A stretch of 64,000 nucleotides of DNA from Squalus acanthias. Its lineage: Eukaryota. The stretch covers positions 157,854,001 to 157,918,000 of the forward strand of contig CM059431.1 in assembly GCA_030390025.1 (NCBI GenBank), written 5' to 3'. Shown here piece by piece: positions 26,275 to 39,054 of this stretch; position 1 is the first letter of the stretch; every line of letters starts with the position of its first letter. The notes under the pieces are model-generated. The model did no database searches and was not told where the DNA came from. It saw nothing but the letters and a program-made list of their open reading frames with translations. Position numbers and translations under genes: made by a program.

Positions 26275-29200
26275 AGATAGAATGACAGCACAAAGACACT
26301 CTTCGCAAACAGAACGCGAAAATAACAGTCAAATCCACTGTGGAAAACGAAGATCTCGAACATTTTTTTCTGCATGAAAAATATACTAATGTAACGATTG
26401 TTGCTTCCCTGCGTGAGCGGAGACTGGTAGAAAATGAACTGAAGGCCGGAGGTAGAGAGCGTGAAGAATTACAGAGGAAATACATCGAAAACGAACTGGA
26501 AGAGATAAAGCTGGATCAATTGTTGAGTTTCGCTAAAACAGGCAGTTCTGGGACAACCGTGTTAATTGGGGCCGCAGGGATTGGGAAAAGCACCTTGATA
26601 CAGAAGATAATCAGTGACTGGGCCGTAGGGAAAATATACAAACAGTTTAAAGTTGTCTTTCCTTTAAATGTTCGAAACTTAAATTTAATTGAAGTAAAAA
26701 CATGTCTAAATTGCCTGATCCTGGATTCCTACCCCAATTTCGAAAATGAGTTGGAACATCTGTGGAATGAACCAGGAAATATATTGTTTATATTTGATGA
26801 TTTCGATCAATTCCAGCGAAACATCGATTTATCAGATACTCAGAGAAACAACGACACCGAAAATCCGTTTTTCGATCCCAAGTGCTGCTGTGATGTGTCA
26901 GACATCGTGCGCTGTCTCATACAGAGAGAGTTGCTCAAAGGCTGCTCAGTACTGATCGCAAGCCGGCCTTGGAAACTGGAGTCAGTGGGAAAGGCAAACA
27001 TAAATCAATCGCTCGAAATCCTGGGTTTCCCATGTCAGAACATAAAATGATATTTTCATCGTTATTTTGAAGATGAACAATTTACTAGAGTTTTAATCGA
27101 GTACATTGAGCAGAATGAGACATTGCACACCATGTGCTATAATCCTCTTTACTGCTCGGTCCTCGCTTCATTATTAGAGTCACACCGGTCACAAGGAGCG
27201 GGGGAGAGACCATTGTCCGTCACAACCAGCACACAGGTGTTCTCCACGTACGTCACAAGCCTTTTAGAGAGGTGCGGCTGTGACGTGAAACCTCTCGCGA
27301 CATGTTGCTGAAACTGGGGATTTTGGCCTACGAGGGTATTTGCAAGAAAACCGTTGTGTTAAAAACCGAACAATTATATCGCCACAGACTCGAACTTTCC
27401 AATTTTTTCTCTGCGTTTATGATGGAATTTCCAGAGAAAGATCTTTGCAGTTTTGTCTACACATTCAGTCACTCCGCCGTGCAGGACTTTGTCGCTGCAC
27501 TTATGAAAAGACTAAGCACGCCAGGATATGGACTGGGAGTATTGCTCAATGAAGGGTTCACGTGCATTGACGTGAGATTCAATATATTTTCACGTTTTCT
27601 TATCGGTCTCTCCTCACGGAATTCAACTGATCAGCTTGAAAGACAATTGGGAGAATTTCCTTCTGAAGCATTCCGGTGTGTGTCGGATTTGCTCACAGAA
27701 CATGTCAAAAGACGTGTTAAGAACTTGGAAGATGTGCAAAGCCAAAGGACATTCTTCAAGATATTGCACTATTTCCTTGAATTTGGAGACATAAAACTGA
27801 TGAAGGCCGCCATAACACCGATAAAGATAATGAAATTTACAGAGTGTCCTCTTAAACCTTCTGAGTGTGCGGTTCTTTAAAACGCACTAATGGCCGTTGA
27901 ACTGATTGAAGAGTTGAATCATAGTTCCTGTGGAATACAAGATGAAGGCATCCATCAGCTGGAGCTCGTGCTACAAAAATGTAAAATACTCAGGTAATTC
28001 ACCGATTACGTTAAATATCATTATCAAATACTACCGTTAAACTGGCACGTGAGATAATATAAGGTCAAGTAAAAACATTCACTGAATTCGATCAAATAAT
28101 GAACACATTCTGTAATTCCAATCACTGCTGTGCTCAATGGAACCGTAACAGACGGCAACGGAGTGTCTGTTCAGTTAATGCCTGAAAGTGCTGGGTTGCT
28201 CATTTAATTAGATCAGATTGGATGCTGGCAACATTACATCCGAATCAAGCGCACTCTTTGCACAACGTGGGAATCTAAATTTATCAGTAAGATGTATTCC
28301 CCTATACTTTAATCATGATATATTTGATCGCTGTTGGAAAAAAAAAACACCATTTCACAGATTCACAGAATCTTACAGCATAGAAGGAGGCCGTTCATCC
28401 CATCTTAACTGTGCCGGCTTTTCGAAAGAGCTATCCGATTAGTCCCAGTCCCCTGTTCTTTCCCCATAGCCCTGCATATTTATTCCCTTTAAGTATTTCT
28501 ACAAGTTCCTTTGGAGAGCTACTATTGAATCTGCTTCCACCAGCCTTTCAGGCAGAGCATTCCAGAACATAACAACTCGCTCCATAAATGTATTTCCTCA
28601 TGTCACCTCTGGCTTTTTAGCCAATTACCTTAAATCGGTGTCCTCTGCTTACTGACACTTGTGCCACTCATACATTGTCAGCAACAACATATCTGTTTTA
28701 TTTTAAACTGTAAACAAATATCATTGTTATATTTTGCAATTTGAATAATTTATAAGCGAGTTTTAACTGTACTTTTCTAAAATTACCAATTCCTCGATCA
28801 GATCAGATTTGCCAAATGAATAATGTTGTTGAGATCAATGATGCCAAGTGAAGGAGTTAGATTTGGGTTCGCGACTGCGATTCCTCAAATTCTGAATACT
28901 CTTTCCAGCCGCATTGCTGTGCCAAGGCATCATCAGAGGTCCGGAGGGAAGGAAAGTGAGAGGCAATGTCACTCCACCTGCTTTCATGCACATTCGAGCG
29001 ATTTCTTACAATCCCCATCAGTGGATTCTCCAATAGACTTGGGGATGATTTAAGGGCATTTGTGAGCCTCAGTGCATCAAATAGATAAATTTCCTAAAAT
29101 AGAGACAAGATCAAAGGGACGGTCTCTAATTTAACCCTGAATTCGCCTATTAATGAAGAGAATCGTCCTGTGAGAGACATATGTCGTAGATTCCACTCCG

Positions 29201-30371
29201 TTACAGACTACGATTTTCATCATTTAAGCTGCCAACCACTCAGTGCCTAATTTAAATGTAATAACTTTATAATCTATGGTTAAGTCATGACCACGGGCAT
29301 TAGAGAAACTTCTCGGTAAACAGCTACACTGTGTGATGGTCACTGATTTGACCGCATGCGCTATATCTAACTAATTTAATGCAAATCATAGAATTAAATT
29401 TGAATTACTGGTCTTATATTCGCATCTTGGATGCCAAAAGTGTCCCACGTTAAATGCATTATTTAATTACGAATATTTATATCTGTTGCCTTGCTACCTA
29501 TTTATTATTGGTTTTGGTTATTTGTGTTTAGACTCAATCAGAATAAACTGGGAGATTCAGGAGTGAAACGGCTCACTGCCGATCTGTAGAAAACTGATTG
29601 TAAGATACAGAGACTGGAGTGAGTAATTATGTTTAAAATATCAAACTGTCCAACTAGCAAGTTATTTATCTATAACAATTCTAATTAGTGTGTGAAAGAT
29701 GAACAGGCAGCTCACTTTTCAATTTACATTAAGACGGAAATAATTTTGAAACAGGAAAAAACGCACATCTCATGAAAAGTTTGCTCCCATGATTCTGGAA
29801 TTTCACAGTAATTATTAGCAAGTGGTGTATATATTAATATCTGAGCGTTTTATATAATTTCTGATGATTTTTCGATCACTGCAGGTTAAAATCTAACGAT
29901 ATCACAGATGATTGTGTGGAAAATCTAGTCTCTCCTCTCTGTGAAAATGGTTCACTGATGGAGCTGGATCTGAGTAACGATAATCAGGGAGGCGAACAGG
30001 CCAATAGACTGATTGACAATTCTGTTCTTGCATTGCGCAATCACATCCAGAGTAGAGCTAATCTCAAGGAATTCAGGTGAGTTTCCAGGTTAACTATTTA
30101 TTAATTAAATCTTCTTTCACTCTTACAATGTATTTTCGATATTTTAATTTGTATGGACTAGAGTTCCTTCACATGAGTAAACACATTTATTTTAAATGAA
30201 TTTAATAATATCGCTACTCACAGTGTACGGAAGAAGCCACTCCTTATGGATAATAATTTTTTCGTTATTTTAATATTTTTCAGTTTGACAAACAATCAAT
30301 TCAGTGCAGAAGGAGTGACAATTCTGAGGTCGGTCAATGTATCGGATTATTTGAGTGTAATTATAGAATAA
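26275..30371 (+). pseudogene. NLR immune receptor pseudogene (FISNA-like + NACHT + RI-type LRRs); exons 26275-27993, 29532-29618, 29885-30076, 30284-30371
   Basis: Walker A GAAGIGKST, ILFIFDDFDQF, SVLIASRP, MCYNPLYC and FSHSAVQDFVAA. LRR exons LNQNKLGDSGVKRL, LMELDLSN and LTNNQFSAEG have phase-2 GT-AG junctions. Stops at 26283, 27048, 27878 and 29587, and a frameshift at ~27295. Confidence 0.93.
28355..28670 (-). mobile_element. CR1 3'-end fragment in an NLR intron
   Basis: Reverse-strand CR1 tail CACAGAATCTTACAGCATAGAAGGAGGCC...CCCCATAGCCCTGCA. Confidence 0.75.
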
Positions 30372-31304
30372 TGGAATGTTTATCATGAAGATTGTTTGAT
30401 TCAAATATGTTAATTAGGTGATACTCTATAGAATCAGTTGCATTTTTGAACAATGCGGTCTGCGCTACAGTGCGGAGACCAAGTGTTGAATCAGTAATCG
30501 CTTTGGTGAACACATCTGTTCTCTCCGCAAGTGTGACCCTGAGCTTCCGGTCGCTGTGCAATTTAATTCTTTGTACTCGGGAAATTAAGCTCATCAGAAG
30601 CTCGAGGAATAGCACATCATCTTTTGATTAGACACTTTGGCACCTATCGGACTCAACACTGAGATCAACAATTTTAGATAATAGCCACTGCTCCCATTTT
30701 TTACGACAGCAGGTGCCGGTAATGGTTCTGCTGTTCAATGAGGAGAATCCCGCTGATGTTGTCATAGAATTCAGAGCCGGAGCTCAGGTCTCAGCTCGCT
30801 GCGATTGGTGATGGAAACCTGCACCTTGTGACTCAGAGGCAAGAATGTTGCCGTGAAGTCGAATTCCTGAAGTGAACAGGAGTTATTACTAGTGGTGGAC
30901 AGATTTAATTCAGTCCCAATTTTAAAGGCGTGCATTCTGTCTGTATTTTTCTATTAATATTTTGATTTGATATTATATTTGAAAAATAATAACAAAACTA
31001 TAGATAATTTAGCTTGCAGAGAGATAGAGTTCACTGATGCCAGGAGATTTCTCTTCAAGAAGTTGGACAATGTAATCGGGAGGCGTTGCAGCGCCGCCAC
31101 TGGGCAGAGGGTGTAATTAAAGCTTAAGAACTCTCTCCACAGCGTCAATTAGAAATCTGGATCTCAGAATGTATAATGTACCTCTATAAGAATGTTTTAT
31201 ATATTGCAAAAACATCTAATACACGAATTATTGAAATAATAACAAAATAAACGCCATTTGCAATTGAGACTGAATTACATGTGCGTGCAATGATATATTT
31301 AAAG

Positions 31305-31582
31305 AATGAGAAGTCGCACAACACCAGGTTATAGTCCAACAGATTTATTTAATTTTACAAGCTTTCGGAACAGTTCGCTCCTTCGTCAGGTAAGTTAGCA
31401 GTGAGAGAATCTCCCAGAATTCACAATTTAAACACAGACAAAATATATTCAAATCTTTCCCTACATCAAAGAGCACAGCCAAGACAATGAGGTGTGTCCC
31501 AGGGGGTCCAACGTGTCAAACCACCTGCTGGCTGCATATCCTGTCAATCTGTGTAGGTTCTTGTGTTAGCATCTCCACATCA
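31305..31582 (-). mobile_element. Penelope-like element remnant: inverted pLTR arm plus the last ~15 nt of the sense tail
   Basis: Reverse complement of ~47557-47813, followed by GCATCTCCACATCA. TSD ATATTTAAAGAA at 31295-31306 and 31585-31596. Confidence 0.82.
31355..31393 (-). ncRNA. Minimal type I hammerhead ribozyme motif
   Basis: Minus strand reads UUAC-CUGACGA-A-GGAGC-gaacu-GUUCC-GAAA-GC-UU-GUAA. Confidence 0.78.
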
Positions 31583-32547
31583 TGATATTTAAAGAAAACA
31601 TAGAAAAATAGTAGCAGGAGTAGGCCATTCGGCCCTTCGAAACTGCTCCGCCATTCAATATGATCATGGCTGATCCTCTATCTCAATATCATATTCATGC
31701 TCTCTCCCCATACAGCTTGATGCCTTTTGTGTCTAGAAATCTATCTATCTTCTTCTTAAATATATTCAGTGATTGGCCTCCACAGCCTTCAGTGGTGGAG
31801 AATTCCACAGCTTGACCACACTCTGAGTGAATAAGTTTCTCCTCATCTCAGTCCTAAATGTCCTACCCCGTATCCTGAGACTGTGACCTCTCGTTCTAGA
31901 ACACCCCCCACCCCAGCCAGATAAAACAGCCTCCCTGCATCCAGTCTGTCTAGCCCTGTCAGAATTGTATACATTTCAATGAGATCCCCTCTCATTCTTC
32001 TAAACTCTAGTGAATACAGGCGTAGTCGACCCAATCTCTCCTCATACGACAGTCCTGCCATCCCAGGAATCAGTCTGGGGAACCTTCGCTGCACTCCCTC
32101 TATGTCAAGTATATCCTTTCTTAGGTAAGGTAAGGTAAATTGCTCACAGCACTCCAGGTGTGGTCTCACCAAGACCCAGTACATCTGTAGTATGACATCC
32201 TTGCACCTGTGCTCAACTCCTCATGCAATGAAGGCCAACATAACATTTGCCTTCGTAACTGCTTTCTGCACCTGCATGTTTGCTTTCAGTGACAAGGTCA
32301 CCCAGGTCCCTTTGTCCATCAGCATTTCCCAATCTAGCACCATTTAAAAAATACTCGACCTTTCAGCTTTTTCTACCGAAGTGGATAACTTTACATTGAT
32401 TCACGTTATACTGCGTCTGCCATGAATTTGCCCACTCACTCAACTTGTCTAATTCGCCTTGAAGCCTCTTTGGAACATCCTCACAACTCACAATCCCAAC
32501 TAGTTTCGTGTCGCCAGCAAACTTGGAAATATTACATTTGGTTCCCT

Positions 32548-33996
32548 TGAAGGGATAATTACAAGTCCTAGCCCTTTTCGGGCTACCCCAGATCAGGCGT
32601 ATTCCCCAGACGTTTACCTTCAACTAAAGTTATCAGTAGCCGAATCCTAGAGACGATTAATTTGGTCTAAAGGTTCCGACTATCTCTCCCTAAAGGAAAG
32701 GAACGGCCTGAAGATGTTACCCTCCTCCGGATAGCACTTTTCACAAGTTTAACTAGACTGTAACCTTCCGGATATTATGAGGGTCTGGAAAACAACCCCA
32801 GAATTCTGCAATTCCTTACTGAAGTGTGTACAGAAATTGAGTTCGCGAGATTGATACAGAAATACTCTTTGAGACAATTTAAAAAATATATAGATTTATT
32901 AAAGAACCGACATCAAGTTAACAGTTGGTATGGCAATCGCAATCTTAACCGTTCAAAATGCAAATAGCTTACATTTCTTATCAGAGATCCTTATTCTCAA
33001 ATTTTAACTGCGTTACATTTCCACACTATTAATTATTTCTTAATCCAGAATATCCACCAAAATCAAATACCTTGATTACCCGAGACCCAGATTTGTAGGC
33101 CTACAGAATGGTTCTGAAGGCGAGAATCGCTCTGCCCCTTCCCAGCGACTTCTGACTCTCTATCTGAAAAGCTATATTTTTATACCTTTTTTTAATGGAA
33201 TTTTCTTTGAAGTTTCCTGCTGATATAAGCGAATTGTCTCAAGTGATACTCTATTGAATTATTTTCTATTCTTACTGTCATTTCAGCTGCCAACTTTTAG
33301 AATTCTGTCTCTACCTTTGGTGTTTAAAAAACTATCATAAAATGGTTATTATCGATTTATCTATTTGATGCCATTCCTAGGAAGTCTTTTTATTGAATTG
33401 TTTATATCACTTAACTGCTTGTAAACGAGACGTCGTGACTTCGTGGTGTTCCATTTTTAATAGAAACACAATGTAATTGCTTGGTGTCATCTATTGATAT
33501 TATATCTTCAAAGATTCTCTGTAGGTGTCTTTTACAATTTATAAATTGAAAACACTTCTCTTAGAGTGTTTTCTTGTTTTCTTGCTATCCCAATTGGTTG
33601 CATATTTAATCGTGTTTCTTTTCTTATTTGATGTTACTTTATGAAGGCATATTGTTGTTTAATGTTCTAAGTTTCTGTTTCCCTGAGTGTTAGCTTATAA
33701 CACTTTACTTGGATCATTCCATTTTGTTTCTCCCAAACTCCAGACCTTCTGGAAGCACCAATGGTTTGCTTCAATAGGGGCATTGTTTTTGTGTTTACAA
33801 CCATCTACCATTTCAAAGCTTGTGGTATTTTACAGCTTTTGTTAACACTTCATCTTATCTCGGAAGCCTGCATTGTGTTTGCAGCCTATGTCGCCGAGGC
33901 TTTCCAGACTTTTAAACTCAGTATGTCTTTTATTAATAACATCAAAATCTATTCATAGGATGATGTATTTCTTGGAATATGGCTTATTCCATTACA
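32548..33996 (-). mobile_element. Solo LTR, 1,449 bp (ERV or Gypsy-type)
   Basis: TG...CA termini and a 4-bp TSD CCCT (32544-32547, 33997-34000). Removing it restores the CR1 RT sequence. Minus-strand TATAAAAA (33177-33184) precedes AATAAA (32895-32900). Confidence 0.87.
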
Positions 33997-34392
33997 CCCT
34001 CATCCAAATCATTGATATATATTGTGATTAGCTGCGGACCAAGCATTGTTCCCTGTGTTAGATCATTGGTCAACACCTGCCACCTCGAAAAAAGACACAT
34101 TTATTCCTTCTCTCTGTTTCCTGTATGTTAACCAATTTTCAATCCATGGCAGTACATTATCCCAATGCCATGAGCTTTAATTTTGCACACTAACCACTTA
34201 TGTGCGACTTTATCAAAGGCCTTCTGAAAATCCAAACACACCACATCCACTGGTTCTCCCTTACCTATTCTACCAGTTACATCCTCAAAAAAATGCAGTG
34301 GGTTTGTGAAACACGATTTGCCTTTCATAAATCCATGTTGACTTTGTCTAATCCCGTTGATATTTTCTAAGTGTCCTGTTATCACATCCTTT

Positions 34393-36410
34393 ATAGATAC
34401 ATAGATACATAGAAGATAGGAGCAGGAGTAGGCCATCCGGCCCTTCGAGCCTGCTCCGCCATTTAATGAGATCATGGCTGATCCTTCAATTCAGTATCCC
34501 GCCCCCGCCTTCTCTCCGTAACCCTTAACCCCTTTTGCCTGTAGAAATATATCTAATTCCCTCTTAAATATATTTAATGAGCTGGCGTACACTGCTCTCT
34601 GTGGCAATGAGTTCCACAGGTTCACCACCCTCTGAGTGAAGAAATTCCCCCTCATTTCTGTCCTAAATGGTTTAGCCCTTATCCTTAAATTATGTCCTCC
34701 AGTTCTGTTCTCACCCGCCAAGGGAAACATTCCTTCTGCATCTAGTCTGTCTAGACCTGTCAGAATGTTATACACTTCTATGAGGTCCCCTCTCAATCTT
34801 CTAAACTCCAGTGTGTACATCCCTAAACTACATAGTCTCTCCTCATAGGTCAATCCCGCCATTCCTGGTATCAGCCTGGCGAATCGCCGCTGCACCCCCT
34901 CCATGGCAAGAACATCTTTCCTCAGATGAGGCGACCAAAACTGTACACAGTACTCGAGGTGTGGTCTCACCAGTGCCCTGCACAGCTGCCGCAAGATATC
35001 CCTGTTCCTGTATTCCAACCCTTTTGCTATGAAGGCCAGCATACCGTTTGCCTTCTTGACCGCCTGTTGCACCTGCATGCTCGCCTTCAGTGACTGGTGT
35101 ACAAGAACACCCAGGTCTCTCTGTACTTCCCCCTCTCCCAATTTATTGCCATTTAAATAATAATTTGCCCTCCCGTTCCTGCACCCAAGGTGGATAACTT
35201 CGCACTTGTCCACATTATAGTGCATCTGCCATTTATCCGCCCAATCACCCAGTCTGTCCAAATCGCTCTGGAGCTTCCTGGTCTCCTCCTCTGAGCCCAC
35301 CCCCCCTCCTAGTTTAGTGTCGTCTGCAAATTTGGAAATGTTGCATCCGACTCCCTGATCCAGGTCATTAATGTAAATTGTGAACAGCTGGGGACCCAGG
35401 ACAGATCCCTGTGGTACCCCACTTGTTACTGCCTGCCATTCAGAAAATGAGCCGTTTATTCCAACTCTCTGTTTTCTATCTGACAGCCAATTCTCTATCC
35501 ACGTCAATACTTTCCCCTTTATCCCATGAGCTTCAATTTTTCATGTTAATTTTTTATGTGGGACCTTGTCGAAGGCCTTTTGGAAGTCCAGGTACACCAC
35601 ATCTACTGGCTCTCCCCCATCTATTTTACCAGTTACTCCCTCAAAAAATTCCAATAGATTAGTCAAGCACGATTTACCCTTTGTAAATCCATGTTGACTC
35701 TGTCCTATCCTGTCCCCATTTGCTAAGTGCTCCGCTATTTCATCCTTAATGATGAACTCCAGCATTTTGCCCACAACTGATGTAAGGCTTACAGGTCTGT
35801 AATTACCTGCTTTTTCCCTACCCCCCTTTTTGAATAGTGGGGTAACGTTAGCTACCCTCCAATCCATGGGCACTGTTCCCGAGTCTAATGAATTCTGAAA
35901 AATCATACTTAGTGCATCCGCTATCTCTAGGGCCACCTCCTTCAGTACCCTAGGATGCATGTTATCAGGCCCTGGGGATTTGTCCGCCTTCAATCCCTTT
36001 AGGTTCCTTAACACCATATCCTTAGAGATATTGAGTTGCGTCAGTTCCTCCTTTGCCAATGTCCCTATTTTTCCCGATATCCCAGGGAGGTTTTTTGTGT
36101 CTTCCTTCGTAAAGACTGACCCAAAGTATGCATTTAGTTGGTCTGCCATTTCCTTATTTCCCGTTATATATTCCCCCGTATCTGACTGCAATGGACCAAC
36201 TTTGGTTTTCACCAGTCTTTTCCTCTTGATATACTTATGAAAGCTTTTGGAGTTAGTTTTTATATTTTCCGCCAGCTTGCTTTCGTAAGCTATTTTGCCC
36301 CTCTTGATTAAGCCCTTTGTCCTCCTTTGCTCTATCTTATACTGTTCCCAATCTTCCGCTCTGGCGCTTTTTTTGGCTATTTTATACGCCCTATCTTTGG
36401 ATTTTATGCT
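34393..36410 (-). mobile_element. Young 5'-truncated CR1 nested in the older CR1
   Basis: The frame is open from ~36410 to 34491 except for one TGA at 35541-35543. Full RT motif set and a (TATGTATC)n tail. Confidence 0.94.
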
Positions 36411-37679
36411 AGACTATATCATTTTCCCTACTGCTGATGTTAGGTTAACCGGTCTGTAGTTCCCCGTTTTCTCTCTCGATCGTTTTTTTAAATAGTGGGG
36501 TTCCATTTGCCACTCTCCAATCTGCATAAACTGTTCCATTATCTGTAGAATATTGGAAGATAACAAACAATGCATCCACTATTTCCATGGCTACCTCGTT
36601 TAGCACTCTGGGTTCCTGATTATCAGTCCCTGGGGATTTATCAGCTTTCATTCCCAATAATTTCTCCAGCACTATTTTCTTACTAATACTAATTTCGTTT
36701 AATTCCTCCTTCTCACTGGACCCTTGTTTCCCTCGCATTTCTGAGAATTTATTCGTGTCCTCTTACGTGACGACAGAACCAAAGTATTTGTTTAATTGAT
36801 CTGTCATTTCCTCGTTCCCTATTATAAATTCTCCCGCTTCTGACTGCAGGCGACCTACATTTGTCTTCACTAACTTTTTTCTTTTTCATACTTGTAGAGG
36901 CTTTTACAATCCGCTTTTATGTTCCTTTCAAGTATACTCTCATACTCTATTTTTCCCTTCTTAATCAATCTCTTGATCCTTTTTTGCTGAACTCTAAACT
37001 GCTCCCAATCCTCAGTCTTGCTACTTTTTCTGGCAAATTTATATGACACCTCTTTGAATCTAATACTCTATTTATTTTGTTAGCCATAGTTGGGCCACTT
37101 TTCCTTTCGTGTTTTTACTTCAGAAAGGAATGTACAACTGTTGCAATTCATGCATTCGTTCCTTAAATGTTAGCAATTGCCTATCCACCATCATGCATTT
37201 TAATGAAGCTCACCAATCTGGCATAGATAACTCACACCTCATACCTCCGTAGTTTCCTTTGTTTAGATTTCGGACCGTAGTTTCGGATTGGACTTCTTCA
37301 CTTTCCATTTTAATGAAGAATTCTATCATGTTATGGTCACTCTTCGCAAAAGGACCACGCACAACAAGATTATTAACTAACCCATTCATATTGCAAGGTA
37401 GAAAGGGTATGTGGATCGCACTGTTCAGAATATGGTCATTCAATAACCAGTGCTGGACATCTCAGGACACAAATAAACTGCTTTTTGCGACATCCTGCAG
37501 ATCTGACAGAGAGAAACAGGAGTCACAGGTGGTGCGGCTTCCTGTGCTTCACGAAGTGTCTAGTAGATACGGGCTGTACGTCTGTGAGTTCAATTGTAGA
37601 ATTGACTCAGAGGCGCGTTCTTCTCGGTAATATTGTGGCAAGTTGGAGATAAGGCTAGCGATGGGGTGTGATGTATATT

Positions 37680-37830
37680 TGCTGACACTTCAGCGCAGAA
37701 CTGAGGGAGCGCTGCACTGCCTGAGGTGACATCTCTTAGATTAGACCTTAAATCTAGGAAAGGTCTAACTTCTCAGCTGGACTTAAATGTTGCAATGGCA
37801 CAATTTGAAATAAGAGCTGGGGAGTTCTGT
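37680..37830 (+). mobile_element. Degenerate Deu-domain SINE fragment
   Basis: CTGACACTTCAGCGCAGAACTGAGGGAGCGCTGCACTG is reverse-similar to 21535-21580. Confidence 0.6.
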
Positions 37831-38244
37831 CCAATGTATTGGACAGAACACTGGTGTGCCGGCGTCGTCAATGTCCTGAAGTCTCTGGAAAGATGGACAC
37901 TCACCAAAAGCGGGCCAAAATGTACACACATACACCTTTACGTAGTTTCCTCCCCTCCACTCAGAAGGTTAGTCTGTCACCGAATGGGCCGGACCCAACT
38001 GAAGCTGAAACACGTGCAGTCCCTCTTCTGAGTATTCTTTGGTGTTAGACCACACCGCATGTTCTGTGAGGGGGAGTAAATTCGAGCCAATGGATTCTGG
38101 AATGACAGCAAATCAATTGCAGTTTTAAGCAGTGAACACGAGATCATGATCCGGTGAGGGAGGCATGGCTGATTGATAGCCCTTCTACAAAAGGGGCGCA
38201 CCTGGAAACTCTGGTGCCTCTCCCAACTGGCTTCCAACTAACGT

Positions 38245-39030
38245 TGCATAGTCCAGGGTATTCTTATCCTCTGTAGGCTCAATAGCCCGGGTTACTCTGA
38301 GCCATTCTAGGCCCAATAGCGCAGGGTATTCCGGCCCACTGCAGGGTCAATAGCTCAGAGTACTCTGATACTAAGTGTGCCCAATAGCACAGGGTTCTGT
38401 GAACCTCTACAGACCTGTGATTCCATGGCATCAGATCTTCTATATTGCCCATGGTACTCTCTCTACAAACCCAATAGCCGATGGAACTCAGATCCATTGC
38501 ATAGCCAGGGCACTCTGAACCTTGGCATAGCCCAGGAAAATCCGACTCTCATCAAGCGCAGGGTCCTCACACACTCTACATACACAATACGTCATGGTAC
38601 TTCGCGCCTCTGTAATCTCGATTGCCCAGGGTACTCTTATCCCCTGGCAGCCCTATGGCCCAAGCTAATCTGAGTTTCTACAATCCCAATACCCGCAGTT
38701 ATTCTGTACTTCTACAGGATAAATAGTCCCTCTACCTTCCCGGGAACAAAGGGCACACTGATTCTCTGTAGATGACGGGACTCTGGCGCTCTGCTGTTTC
38801 ATAATTGCTGGGTACTCTGACCCTCTGCAGGTCCAATAGCCAAGGTACTCTGGTCCTCTATATAAAACCTACGGCACTCAAACCATCTGCTGATGAAATA
38901 GGCCAGGGACTATGATCCTCTGCATAGCCCAAGTTTGGCTCAGCCTTTACAGGCCCAATTGCATTCGGGTAATCTGTCCATCTGCTTGCTCAATAGAGCA
39001 GATTACTCTGACCCTTTGCATACCCCATCT
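38245..39030. repeat. Highly degenerate ~34-bp tandem repeat
   Basis: Recurrent units like CCAATAGCCCAGGGTACTCTGACCCTCTACAG. Confidence 0.75.
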
Positions 39031-39054
39031 AGATTCCCAATTACATTTTTTTCA

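Larger units (their letters stand above)
31597..37395 (-). mobile_element. Older, decayed CR1 LINE hosting two nested insertions
   Basis: ORF2 pieces are colinear across the inserts: 31843-32545, 33997-34392 and 36411-37390 (SDHNMIEF, KSPGTD, DFQKAFDKV, FAGDTKL, RPHLECC). Confidence 0.9.

Noticed and set aside
33500..33996. Accessory-gene ORF in the LTR U3 region
   Set aside because: The minus-strand frames I translated contain multiple stops and no recognisable similarity.
34491..36410. Functional reverse transcriptase gene
   Set aside because: It is 5'-truncated (no endonuclease or promoter) and has an internal TGA; it is a dead CR1 copy.
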